Source of the DNA: an uncultured Pseudomonadota bacterium
GTDB lineage: Bacteria > BMS3Abin14
Length of the DNA stretch: 27,884 nucleotides
Assembly (NCBI GenBank): GCA_964454175.1
Contig: CAYVSA010000025.1
Span: 1-27,884, forward strand
Reading direction: 5' to 3'
The position numbers and the translations under genes were made by a program. Below are positions 1 through 9,954 of this stretch, piece after piece. The first letter of the stretch is position 1, and every line of letters begins with the position of its first letter. The notes beneath the pieces were generated by a model, which did not search any database, was not told the origin of the DNA, and saw only the letters and a program-made list of their open reading frames with translations.

Positions 1-442
1 CCCGCGGAATTTCCCGAGAAACCTGCTCGGGGGCCTTATCGGGCACTGCCTGCGGCTCCTGTGCCGCAGGGGCTCCAGCCATACCCAGAAGACCCTTGAC
101 CTTACTGATCAGTTCAGCCGACTCGAAGGGTTTGGTTATATAATCATCGGCACCAGCCGACCGTGCTTCTTCTTCATCAAAGGCCTCAAAGGTGCCGGCC
201 AGCAGGAGTACTGGTATCCCGCCTGTTCCCTGGTCTTCCTTGATAGCTTTTGAAAGCTCATAGCCGTTCATCTGCGGCATAATAACATCTGCAAGGACGA
301 TGTCCGGATGCCATTCCTGGATCTTCTCAAGAGCGTCTGAACCTGTTCCGACAGACTGTATCTCGAAGGCCTCCTCAGCAAATGTGAGCGCGATGACTTT
401 CTGAATAGTAACGCTGTCGTCGGCTACAAGAATTTTCTTCAT
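1..442 (-). CDS. romR: RomR-like response regulator (N-terminal receiver domain plus start of a Pro/Ala/Glu-rich linker); 3' end lies beyond the window
   Basis: Manual translation from ATG at 442 (GGAGG RBS upstream): MKKILVADDSVTIQKVIALTF...DIVLADVIMPQMNGYEL...IPVLLLAGTFEAFDEEEARSAGADDYITKPFESAELISKVKGLLG then APAAQEPQAVPDKAPE. The acidic pair D8/D9, phospho-acceptor D52 and KPF are present. LLAGTFEAFDE and KPFES match the RomR receiver as I recall it. The frame stays open to the window edge. Confidence 0.8.
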   Translation of the reverse strand, partial: MKKILVADDSVTIQKVIALTFAEEAFEIQSVGTGSDALEKIQEWHPDIVLADVIMPQMNGYELSKAIKEDQGTGGIPVLLLAGTFEAFDEEEARSAGADDYITKPFESAELISKVKGLLGMAGAPAAQEPQAVPDKAPEQVSREIPR

Positions 443-443
443 T

Positions 444-935
444 TCATTTCCTCCCCCCAGGAGATGCCCCGGTACACTTTTCGCCATTAGCCGGCCCGGT
501 GCTGCTTCTCAAGGTAAGTTTGCTGAAAAGGCGATCGAGGTTCAGGATTATTATCTCTTCATCCTTGTCGAGGAACCTGGCAATTTCCACACCCTCTGGA
601 AAATCCGAGTTATTCTCATCAGAGATCATTTGCTCGTCCGCAGGGTGGCTCAATATGCCGCCTATCTTCATTACGCGGACACCATATAGTTCATCGCCGG
701 CACCAATAACGAGCAGAAACTCACCAACACCTTTTTCTCTACTTCCAAGAAGCTGGCTCATGGAAAACACTGGAAGCACCCTGTTGGTTCGATATATTAC
801 CAGGCCTTCCAGCGGCGGTATGGTGTCAGGGAGCGGTTCAACCTCTCCCATGTCGATAACTTCCCGGACTTTCCCCAAGGGGACTGCAAAAGCCCTCTTG
901 TTCGACGTGAAGGTTATCAAACGAGTTTCTTCCAT
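444..935 (-). CDS. CheW-like domain protein
   Basis: LITF...FAVPLGKVREVI...EPLPDTIPPLEGLVIYRTNRVLPVFSMSQLLG...YGVRV...IIILNLDRLF follows the CheW pattern, with NLRG replaced by IYRT. The stop codon is 1 nt from the romR-like start. Confidence 0.75.
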   Translation of the reverse strand: MEETRLITFTSNKRAFAVPLGKVREVIDMGEVEPLPDTIPPLEGLVIYRTNRVLPVFSMSQLLGSREKGVGEFLLVIGAGDELYGVRVMKIGGILSHPADEQMISDENNSDFPEGVEIARFLDKDEEIIILNLDRLFSKLTLRSSTGPANGEKCTGASPGGRK

Positions 936-957
936 CCGGGTTATCCTAACACAAATA

Positions 958-1371
958 TTAAATTAGTCTCGAAAGGTCAAGTTCTAAAACGATTTTTTCC
1001 TTCCAGACACGTGCTCCTGCAAGGGGGAAACCGCAGCATGAGTACACTACCTCAGGGAGTGAAATTACGGGTTTCATGTCCTCCATCCCCAGGACATTGT
1101 CAACATATACCGCCCTGGCGGTTCCATTCTGGTCAGTAATGACTACCTGCGAGGTCTCCGTTACCTCCGGACCCGGAACCAGAAAGTTAAGGGGAAGCCA
1201 CTCGTCCCTGGCAGCGACCCAGTACTGGCTCTGGCTGTCATCAAGAACCATCCCCTCGGGAAGTTCCTGTCTTGTGAGAACTTTTTCGAACCCTATGATC
1301 TCGTCAATATTGCTGAAGGGGATCGAAATATAGTTCCTGCCGATTATCACCAAAACCGCCCGTTCGGGCAT
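958..1371 (-). CDS. Degenerate CheW-like domain protein
   Basis: ISIPFSNIDEII, ARDEWLPL, AVYVDNVLG and a terminal IVLELDLSRLI match the CheW beta-strand pattern. AAGGGGG RBS upstream. Confidence 0.6.
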   Translation of the reverse strand: MPERAVLVIIGRNYISIPFSNIDEIIGFEKVLTRQELPEGMVLDDSQSQYWVAARDEWLPLNFLVPGPEVTETSQVVITDQNGTARAVYVDNVLGMEDMKPVISLPEVVYSCCGFPLAGARVWKEKIVLELDLSRLI

Positions 1372-1638
1372 TACAATCCCCCTTTTTCCGGTGTTACTCC
1401 GAATATCACAAAACTACCATTTCCAATCCCTTTCCGTCAACAGAACACTTACAGATAAAGCTGGAAAAGGCCGGATTTTTCAGGATTTTCATGTTAAAAG
1501 AGACTATATGATTAAAAGATACTGTCCAGACTATAATGTATTTCAATCCGGGGACGATCGGTGAATAAAAGGCACGCTGGCAGCTGCAGCTCGTCAACTA
1601 ATGGCCGGATAGTTGGAAGGGACCTTTTCTGACCTTAA

Positions 1639-2793
1639 ATGCCTGTAAAACTATATAAATACATCCTGCGTAAATTCACTACCTATTTCTTTGCCGGCCT
1701 GGCTGTTTTTACAGCCCTGCTGATGATGGACCAGGCATCCCGTCAGGTTGATCAGGTCGCCTATAATTACCAGAATTTCCAGCAGTTCCTTCTTTCCTAC
1801 GTCCTGCTCACTCCTCCGCTGCTTACTTACAGTATTCCCCTGGCCTTCCTGATGGCAATGATAACCGCGATAGACCAGATGAAACAGGATCATGAGCTGA
1901 CTGCCATCTTTACTACAGGGATCTCGCCTCTCACCGTGATGTACCCCTTCGCCGCAGCCGGCACCATTATTTTTCTCGGAGTCCTGTTTATAAATACGAT
2001 AGTATCTCCGGCAAGTTTTGCCGCTTACAATGATCACCTGACCGAAGTTTCAAAGCGAGCCATTTTCAGTGGCTTAAAATCCGGTTCCTTTTTCAAGGGT
2101 ATACCCGGAACGGTTCTGCTGTTAGGTGATTACAGTGGTGAATCAGGAAAGCTTGGCGGTGTCCTCCTTGTAAGATCCAGGTCCGGTAGCGAAGAGGAAA
2201 TGATACTGGCACAGGAGGGCACTATTGGGGCCCCTGCAAACGGATCTTCTTCATCGATATCCATGGTACTCGAGAACGGCAGCATCCATCCGGTCAGTAA
2301 ATACAGCCCGGGATACCGGTCCGTTTCCTTCAGGTCGCTGACTTCGAATTTTGAAAGGTCCGGCGACCGTCGTATCCTTGGAAGCAAATACATGCTTTTG
2401 GCTTCGGCAACTTCACAGCTGCGCGCCATGGCTTCTGCGTCCCCGGATGCAGAAAACCCCAGGAAACCGTCCGAGGCTGTAATAGAGATCCATCGTAGGT
2501 TATCCCTGCCGGTAACCGTTCTTCTATATCCCTTCATCGTTTTCCCCCTGGCTGTTTCCTCCAGGAGACACGGAAAGGCAGCAGCATTCGGCGTCAGCAT
2601 AGCCCTTTTCGTAACTACCCTTTTCATCTTTTCGGTGGGATCGAGCCTGGGGGTCAGCGGGGCCATCCCGCCTGCTGCCGGGGCGTGGCTGCAGGTCCTG
2701 GTACTTGCGCCGGCATCACTTATAACATTTGTCCCCTTTGTGAGCAGAAACGTCGGAAGTGGGCGACAGCTGCCTGACAGGAATCAGACATGA
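1639..2793 (+). CDS. lptF: LPS export ABC transporter permease LptF
   Basis: LYKYILR N-terminus, PPLLTYSIPLAFL, ELTAIFTTGISP coupling helix, three TM + periplasmic domain + three TM, EIHRRLSLP. Tandem with an LptG-like gene. Confidence 0.85.
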   Translation: MPVKLYKYILRKFTTYFFAGLAVFTALLMMDQASRQVDQVAYNYQNFQQFLLSYVLLTPPLLTYSIPLAFLMAMITAIDQMKQDHELTAIFTTGISPLTVMYPFAAAGTIIFLGVLFINTIVSPASFAAYNDHLTEVSKRAIFSGLKSGSFFKGIPGTVLLLGDYSGESGKLGGVLLVRSRSGSEEEMILAQEGTIGAPANGSSSSISMVLENGSIHPVSKYSPGYRSVSFRSLTSNFERSGDRRILGSKYMLLASATSQLRAMASASPDAENPRKPSEAVIEIHRRLSLPVTVLLYPFIVFPLAVSSRRHGKAAAFGVSIALFVTTLFIFSVGSSLGVSGAIPPAAGAWLQVLVLAPASLITFVPFVSRNVGSGRQLPDRNQT

Positions 2794-3881
2794 GCCTCAT
2801 TTACCGATATCTGCTGAGAAGATGGCTCCTGCTATTTTTCCCAGCCACACTTGTTCTTATCTCAGCCTACATTGCCGGTGATATGGCCATTACCGTCTGG
2901 GACCTGCTGGGTGAAGGACTTTCGCTCACGCAGCTGGCCGTTCACTTTATTCTCAAACTGCCTACTGCCTTTTATTTTCTGGCGCCTATGGCATCACTTC
3001 TGGCATCTTTGCTGATGATCACGGGGTTCAAAAAAACCGGGGAGCTGGGAGCTATCTTCTACAGCGGATCAGGACGCCTGAAGGTCAGTATCCCCATACT
3101 GACTGCAACTCTTGCTGTCTCCCTTTTCTCCCTCTATGTTAACGACCACGTAGCCCCTGCTGCCAACAGGATCAGCAAGGACATTGTAAGGGACTCTTCC
3201 GGCACCACAGCCCATCTTGTGGGAACCAGCCGCATTTGGCTTCTCGAAGGGTCCAGGGTCATCCACATCAGGAGCGTGGAAAATGAAGGCACCGTGCTGG
3301 TCGAGCCAACTGTCCTGGAATTCGGTGACTCCTCCCTGAAAGAGTTAAAGAGCAGGATCGATGCACCGGAGGCCGTCTGGAGCAGCGACGGGTGGCTGAT
3401 GAATATGGGGATAAGGAGGACATTTATCGGTAGTGAAGTGCTGAATGTAGATGGACCCGGACAGGTCAGGCCCGATATCCAGGTTACACCGAAAGAGTTC
3501 TTCCTCGTCAAAAGGGCCCCGGAAGAGATGACCATGTCAGAACTGAAAGGGTATGTTAAGAACCTGAAAAAATCCGGGCTCCGCTACCACTGGTACGAGG
3601 TGAGGATATTCCGGAAGTCGGCTGCTGCCTTCATACCTTTCGTATTCGGCCTGCTCGCCCTGTCGGTGGGGTTCATAGTCCCAGTGAGAGGCGGCGTGCC
3701 GCTGGGTATCGGGCTAAGTGTTATGATCACACTGGCCTTCTGGTCCGTCTTCACTCTTTTCCTGTCCATGGGATACTCGGGTATTCTGCCGGCACCTGTT
3801 TCAGCGTGGGGGGTTAATGTCCTGTTCCTCCTGCTTGGAACCGCAGCCCTTATCGTGTTCAGAAGGCCGAGGCTGATCTGA
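2790..3881 (+). CDS. lptG: LPS export ABC transporter permease LptG
   Basis: LIYRYLLR, KLP...LAPMASLLA, GELGAIFYSG, PEEMTMSELKGYV, GILPAPVSAW. ATGA overlap with lptF. Confidence 0.85.
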   Translation: MSLIYRYLLRRWLLLFFPATLVLISAYIAGDMAITVWDLLGEGLSLTQLAVHFILKLPTAFYFLAPMASLLASLLMITGFKKTGELGAIFYSGSGRLKVSIPILTATLAVSLFSLYVNDHVAPAANRISKDIVRDSSGTTAHLVGTSRIWLLEGSRVIHIRSVENEGTVLVEPTVLEFGDSSLKELKSRIDAPEAVWSSDGWLMNMGIRRTFIGSEVLNVDGPGQVRPDIQVTPKEFFLVKRAPEEMTMSELKGYVKNLKKSGLRYHWYEVRIFRKSAAAFIPFVFGLLALSVGFIVPVRGGVPLGIGLSVMITLAFWSVFTLFLSMGYSGILPAPVSAWGVNVLFLLLGTAALIVFRRPRLI

Positions 3882-3886
3882 GTCGG

Positions 3887-3958
3887 TCCAAGGGCTCAGG
3901 ACCCAGGGCCCAGGTTTAACTTTCTGGGGTCATTGGACCCGGGGCTTGGGACCCGGTG
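3887..3958. repeat. Inverted array of degenerate 7-bp repeats between convergent lptG and ahcY; possible bidirectional terminator
   Basis: TCCAAGG GCTCAGG ACCCAGG GCCCAGG (3887-3914), AT-rich spacer TTTAACTTT, then CTGGGGT CATTGGA CCCGGGG CTTGGGA CCCGGTG (3924-3958). Confidence 0.6.
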
Positions 3959-3963
3959 ATCTA

Positions 3964-5220
<1,257 letters not shown>

Positions 5221-5229
5221 TTATTCCCC

Positions 5230-6378
5230 CTATGCGCCAACTGCTTTTTTAAGGTCATCGACCCTGTTGGTCAGTTCCCAGGTAAACTCTTTTTCAGATC
5301 GGCCGAAATGCCCGTAAGCAGCTGTTTGCCTGTATATAGGCCTGAGGAGGTTCAGCTCCTTGATGATCTTCTTCGGCTGCAGCGGGAATGTCTCCATCAC
5401 TGCCTCGGCTATTCGCTCAGGGGCTACAGTGGAAGTGCCGAAGGAGTTGATCATCACCGATACAGGGTCGGCCACACCAATGGCATAGGCCAACTGGATC
5501 TCGCATCTCTCGGCAAGGCCTGCGGCAACGACGTTCTTGGCTATGTACCTGGCCATATAGGACGCAGACCTGTCAACCTTGGAGGGATCTTTCCCGGAGA
5601 AACAGCCTCCACCGTGGCTCCCCTGCCCGCCGTACGTATCTACGATGATCTTCCTGCCGGTGAGACCGGTATCACCCATGGGGCCGCCAATAACGAAACG
5701 CCCCGTTGGATTGATGTAGTACCTGGTCTTATCGTCCAGCATGGCGGCAGGCAGTGATTGCTTTGCCACCTCTGCTATAATGCCCTCTCTCAGGTCATCG
5801 TTGGAAACATCCGGGCTGTGCTGTGAAGATATTACAACCGTGTCTATTCTGACTGGCTTCATTTCGTCATACTCAATTGTCACCTGGGACTTCCCGTCGG
5901 GCCTCAAAAAATCAAGTATGCCCTCCTTCCTGCACTGTGTGAGCCGTTTCGTTAACCTGTGGGCATAAACAATAGGCATAGGCATAAGCTCATCGGTCTC
6001 GGTACAGGCGTAGCCAAACATGAGCCCCTGGTCCCCGGCACCGCCGGGATCGACTCCCATCGCTATATCTGGTGACTGCCGGTGTATGGAGGTCATGACC
6101 CCGCACGATTCCCAATCGAAGCCCATATCTGAATTACTGTATCCGACGTCTTTTATGACAGATCGTGCTACTTCAGGGATCTCGACATACGTACTGGTCG
6201 TGATCTCACCGGCAACGAAGACCATGCCAGTCGTCACGAGGGTTTCCACAGCCACCCTGCTGGAGGTGTCGCCCTCCATCATGGCATCCAGGATAGCATC
6301 GGAGATCTGGTCGGAGATCTTGTCTGGATGGCCTTCGGTAACTGATTCGGACGTAAAAAGAAAGTGGTGCATGCTCAT
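5230..6378 (-). CDS. metK: S-adenosylmethionine synthetase
   Basis: [55 protein letters not shown]. Start moved to ATG 6378 (AAGGAG RBS) from the track's 6447. Confidence 0.98.
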   Translation of the reverse strand: MSMHHFLFTSESVTEGHPDKISDQISDAILDAMMEGDTSSRVAVETLVTTGMVFVAGEITTSTYVEIPEVARSVIKDVGYSNSDMGFDWESCGVMTSIHRQSPDIAMGVDPGGAGDQGLMFGYACTETDELMPMPIVYAHRLTKRLTQCRKEGILDFLRPDGKSQVTIEYDEMKPVRIDTVVISSQHSPDVSNDDLREGIIAEVAKQSLPAAMLDDKTRYYINPTGRFVIGGPMGDTGLTGRKIIVDTYGGQGSHGGGCFSGKDPSKVDRSASYMARYIAKNVVAAGLAERCEIQLAYAIGVADPVSVMINSFGTSTVAPERIAEAVMETFPLQPKKIIKELNLLRPIYRQTAAYGHFGRSEKEFTWELTNRVDDLKKAVGA

Positions 6379-6506
6379 TGTTGTACTCCTTGCAGATTTA
6401 TCGTTAATAAGGGAAACGTAGGTACCTAACAGATATACCAATTTCACACAAGTTCAAAGAGATTTAAACCCCCAAGTGCCCGGGAAGGATGCTGCCCGGA
6501 AGATGA

Positions 6507-6770
6507 TTATTCGCCGAAACCTGATGTAACAAGATCACCCAGGGCCCGCGCCGCCTGACTTGCGTCAGCCCCATCAGCTTCTATCTGTATATCATCACCT
6601 TTTGCCGCCGCCAATGTCAATATTCCCATTATGCTTTTTCCGTTAACGCGCGATTTTCCCTTGCTCACCCAGACCTCGCTCTCGAAATTCGAGGCTTCCT
6701 TAACAAAGCGGGCAGCTGCCCTCGCGTGCATCCCCAGTTTGTTTACAACCCTGACTTCTATACTAACCAC
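6507..6770 (-). CDS. ptsH: Phosphocarrier protein HPr
   Basis: GMHARAAA (His15) and NGKSIMGIL (regulatory Ser46). GTG start overlapping the IID stop. Confidence 0.95.
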   Translation of the reverse strand: MVSIEVRVVNKLGMHARAAARFVKEASNFESEVWVSKGKSRVNGKSIMGILTLAAAKGDDIQIEADGADASQAARALGDLVTSGFGE

Positions 6771-7486
6771 GTCGTATCCAGTTCCAGCCCCAGAAAAACC
6801 ATAAGGAGCATAACTGCTGTGACCAGTAATATGGCACGGAACGTTCCCAGACCCAGGCTGAATGCTGTGAGCGCCGTTATGAAGGCAGCTATCCCGAACA
6901 CTGGTGAAGCAAAGCCAAATACGGCAAGACCCAGGAGAAATCCCAGTGCCGGGATCAGGATGATCTGTCCCCCGTGAGCGGCTCCCCTGAAATGCCGGTC
7001 AGATATGAAATCCAGCGGGTTTTCAGCGTTCTCGTAGCCCTTGCCAAGAAGATCCCACCTCACGTAAATACTGAATATGTTGAAACCGACCAGAGTGAAC
7101 GCAATACCGAGCCAGGGGGATGTCAAGGCAATGCCGAGTCCTATTACGATAAACAGGGGCCTTAGTGAACCCCAGAAGAAACTGTCTCCAATAGCCCCCA
7201 TTGGGCTCATCAGCGCATCCTTGGCCGAGATCCCGGCCAGGGGGTGGCCATCCTCTTCAAGCCTGGCCACCACACCTACAAGGTAAGGTGCCATAAAGGG
7301 GTGTGTGTTGAAAAATCCCAGGTGCCTCCTCAAACCATCCCGGAGGTTTTCACTGATATTTTTTTCCAGCCATCTGGAAAGAACATAAAAAAAGCCGAGA
7401 CCCTGCATGAACCTGAAGCTCCAGGAGCTCTGAAGAGAAAGAGCCCTCAAGAAAAGACCGAGCCTGTTTCTGAATGCGAGTTTCAT
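6758..7486 (-). CDS. PTS mannose/fructose/sorbose family IID component
   Basis: LQSSWSFRFMQGLGF, HLGFFNTHPF, KDALMSPMGAIGDSFFWGSLRP and a hydrophobic C-terminus. Confidence 0.9.
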   Translation of the reverse strand: MKLAFRNRLGLFLRALSLQSSWSFRFMQGLGFFYVLSRWLEKNISENLRDGLRRHLGFFNTHPFMAPYLVGVVARLEEDGHPLAGISAKDALMSPMGAIGDSFFWGSLRPLFIVIGLGIALTSPWLGIAFTLVGFNIFSIYVRWDLLGKGYENAENPLDFISDRHFRGAAHGGQIILIPALGFLLGLAVFGFASPVFGIAAFITALTAFSLGLGTFRAILLVTAVMLLMVFLGLELDTTWLV

Positions 7487-8181
7487 GGGATAATGCCTGA
7501 TCCAACCACGGCACCGGCCAGGGCGCCGCAGGCAAAACCGATCCAGCCCTTTCCACGGACCTTACTGGCAGACAAACCCGCCAGACCCACGAAAAACGGG
7601 GCAAAACCCACTGGAACCGCATAGGGCAGAATACCGGGATAAACTGAAAGGACGGTGAGAGCAAGAAAAAGCAATACGCCCCCTGCCAGCGCCACCCCGA
7701 CTAAATTTACGAGGAGGGACCTTAATATGGAGGTCAGGTGAAGAGCCCTGGCAGCGGCGAATCTGTTAAGTCTAACGTATGCCGTAGCCCTGTTGACAAG
7801 GCGGCTGTTTGATCTTCGCCAGTAGAGATCAGCGATCCGGTCCACGAACGCCGCTGGAAGTGAAACGATAACAGCAAAAGACACCGCCCCCAGCCCCTCG
7901 AACCCCAGGTTTCCCGAAACGAAAATTATGTAGACTGCAACCAGGGATGGATATAGAGGGTGGTAGGGAATATGTGAGCCGACCGGCAGCGAATGGAGGA
8001 AAAGAAGCTCAAGGGCAATTCCAGCAAAAACTCCTTCCTCGGGGACTCCCAGCAAGAGCCCCAGAAGGGACGCCGCAAAGAGCGGCCTTGAGAAGAGAAA
8101 CTGACCGAAACACGTCCTGTCGAGACTCAGGACCCCTCCCAGGCAACAGGTCGTCAGGAGAGCTATTATCGATCCGCTCAA
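7483..8181 (-). CDS. PTS mannose/fructose/sorbose family IIC component
   Basis: LDR...FGQFLFSRPLFAASLLGLLLG...G...LELLFL...PVGSHIP, multi-TM, located between IIB and IID. Start moved to TTG 8181 (TTGA overlap with the IIB stop); start uncertain. Confidence 0.85.
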   Translation of the reverse strand: MSGSIIALLTTCCLGGVLSLDRTCFGQFLFSRPLFAASLLGLLLGVPEEGVFAGIALELLFLHSLPVGSHIPYHPLYPSLVAVYIIFVSGNLGFEGLGAVSFAVIVSLPAAFVDRIADLYWRRSNSRLVNRATAYVRLNRFAAARALHLTSILRSLLVNLVGVALAGGVLLFLALTVLSVYPGILPYAVPVGFAPFFVGLAGLSASKVRGKGWIGFACGALAGAVVGSGIIP

Positions 8182-8666
8182 CTGCCCAGGTCCTCTGCGG
8201 GCAGCAGATCGAAGAGGTTCAGGCACCGGCCGTCCGGAACCTCCCTGGCCTCCAGTGAAATTCCCATTTTGTGAAGCCGCTTTATGTACGAGATATCTTT
8301 GCTGTTAAGAAATACTGAAGGTGTGATCTCCTTGCCCCCGCGCAGATTGTGGATATTTCCAACGTTTACATGGCACGCAAAAAACCCGCTGTCGACCGCC
8401 GCGGACAGTGACGCCAGCGAATTAAAGAGTATCATTACCCGGCTTTGCTGGTCGTCCTTCAGGGTTTTTTCCAGATCCGGAGGCGTTACAATGCGTAAAG
8501 CAAGACCCGATGGCACTATCATTCTCATGAGGTGGCACCGGGACTTGTCACGGCTTATCTCGTCGTCCACGACGTATATGGTCTGGGCGTCATAATAGGG
8601 CACCCATCCTTCAACCACTTGTCCGTGAACAAGCCTGTCGTCGACTCTGGCAAAGACTACCGGCAT
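8178..8666 (-). CDS. PTS mannose/sorbose family IIB component
   Basis: RVDDRLVHGQV signature with the phospho-His; VNVGNI. Confidence 0.93.
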   Translation of the reverse strand: MPVVFARVDDRLVHGQVVEGWVPYYDAQTIYVVDDEISRDKSRCHLMRMIVPSGLALRIVTPPDLEKTLKDDQQSRVMILFNSLASLSAAVDSGFFACHVNVGNIHNLRGGKEITPSVFLNSKDISYIKRLHKMGISLEAREVPDGRCLNLFDLLPAEDLGS

Positions 8667-8667
8667 C

Positions 8668-9078
8668 TTATGCTCCGGATAAATATTCAGCCGCCACTTT
8701 AATGTGGTCCCTTCCGTGGTCTTTTAATAGTGCGGCAGCCTGCCTCAGATCCAGGGAATCGTCCATGCTGAAAAGCTTCGTGAGCATGGGCAGATTGACG
8801 CCCGTTACCACTTCAGTCTGCCCCTCCTCGAGAAATGAGAGACTGAGATTCGAGGGAGTCCCGCCGAACATGTCTACCAGGAGCAAACACCCCTTTTCCC
8901 CGTCAACTTTCTTTATGGCCTCTGTGATCTGCTTCCTTAACTTCTCAACTTCGTCCGCAGCGCCGACAGAGACGTGGGCCATGTTCATTACATCTCCGGT
9001 TATAAGAGCACAGGTGTCCACCAGAGACTTTCCAAGCTCACCGTGTGTTACCAGAACCACTCCAAAATTACTTGCCAT
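8668..9078 (-). CDS. PTS mannose/fructose family IIA component
   Basis: VLVTHG (phospho-His), LLLVDMFGGTPSN, VVTGVNLPML. Confidence 0.93.
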   Translation of the reverse strand: MASNFGVVLVTHGELGKSLVDTCALITGDVMNMAHVSVGAADEVEKLRKQITEAIKKVDGEKGCLLLVDMFGGTPSNLSLSFLEEGQTEVVTGVNLPMLTKLFSMDDSLDLRQAAALLKDHGRDHIKVAAEYLSGA

Positions 9079-9084
9079 TGTGCT

Positions 9085-9954
9085 TCAATCCTCCTTGATC
9101 TCACGATGCCGGATCTGCAGGTTGACCAATTTGTCTTTGCCCAGCCTGTCAGCAAGACGGCTCAGTACGGCAACGGACCTGTGCCTGCCACCTGTACAGC
9201 CCACAGCTACGGTCAGATATCCCCTTCCCTCACGGATGTAGCGCGGCAGCAGCCCTTCCACAAAGTCACACAGCCTGATGATAAAATCTTCCGAGTCTGG
9301 AGCCCGCTGAATGTAGTCGACAACTTCAGGATCTCTACCGTTCTTTTCTCTCAACTTATCCACAAAATACGGATTTGGAAGGAACCGGACATCGAACACC
9401 AGGTCTGCTTCCTTGGGTATGCCGAACTTGTACCCGAAAGACACCAGAGTGACAAGCATTCCGGATTCTCCACCAAGGGAACCGAAACGATCGCGTATGA
9501 TCGTTTTGAGCTCGTGGGGAGAGAGATCCGAAGTGTCCAGGACCAGGTCAGACATCTCCAGAATACCCTGCATCAGTTCGGCTTCCCGGCTGATAGCTTC
9601 ACCCAGGGGCATGTTCGCATCGAGAGGGTGAACACGCCGAGTCTCGCTGAACCTCTTTTGCAAAACTTCCCGGGAAGCTACAAGACATACTACTGTAACC
9701 TTATGGCCCCAACTTCTCAAGGACTCAAGAGCACCGGGCATCCTGCTGAAGATCTCCCTGGCCCGGCTGTCCATCACCATTGCGGCTCTTCCAGCTCCCC
9801 TGTTGCCCTTTTCCTCAAGCCCCACGAAACTTTCGAGCAGTTCTATTGGAAGGTTGTCAACAGTGTAATACCCCAGGTCCTCAAGAGTTTTTAACGCAAC
9901 GCTCTTGCCGGCCCCTGAAAGTCCGGTAAGTATTAAAAACTCCGTTTTTTTCAT
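9085..9954 (-). CDS. rapZ: RNase adapter RapZ/YvcJ family P-loop protein
   Basis: TGLSGAGKS, VDNLP, RFSETRRVHPL, SFGYKFGIP, DVRFLPNPY, GCTGGRHRSV. Confidence 0.96.
   Translation of the reverse strand: MKKTEFLILTGLSGAGKSVALKTLEDLGYYTVDNLPIELLESFVGLEEKGNRGAGRAAMVMDSRAREIFSRMPGALESLRSWGHKVTVVCLVASREVLQKRFSETRRVHPLDANMPLGEAISREAELMQGILEMSDLVLDTSDLSPHELKTIIRDRFGSLGGESGMLVTLVSFGYKFGIPKEADLVFDVRFLPNPYFVDKLREKNGRDPEVVDYIQRAPDSEDFIIRLCDFVEGLLPRYIREGRGYLTVAVGCTGGRHRSVAVLSRLADRLGKDKLVNLQIRHREIKED

Noticed and set aside
1406..1597. 63-aa ORF in the divergent promoter region
   Set aside because: It has no motif or RBS and lies in an AT-rich spacer that looks regulatory.
6379..6506. SAM or SAH riboswitch upstream of metK-ahcY
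   Set aside because: No SAM-I, SAM-II or SAH core motifs were recognised by eye; an Rfam scan would be needed to exclude one fully.
8974..9894. 306-aa plus-strand ORF, and other long antisense ORFs such as 3946-4644, 5068-5757, 12875-13489, 16214-16867 and 20014-20667
   Set aside because: They lie opposite well-conserved genes and show no recognisable motifs; these are shadow ORFs expected at this GC content.
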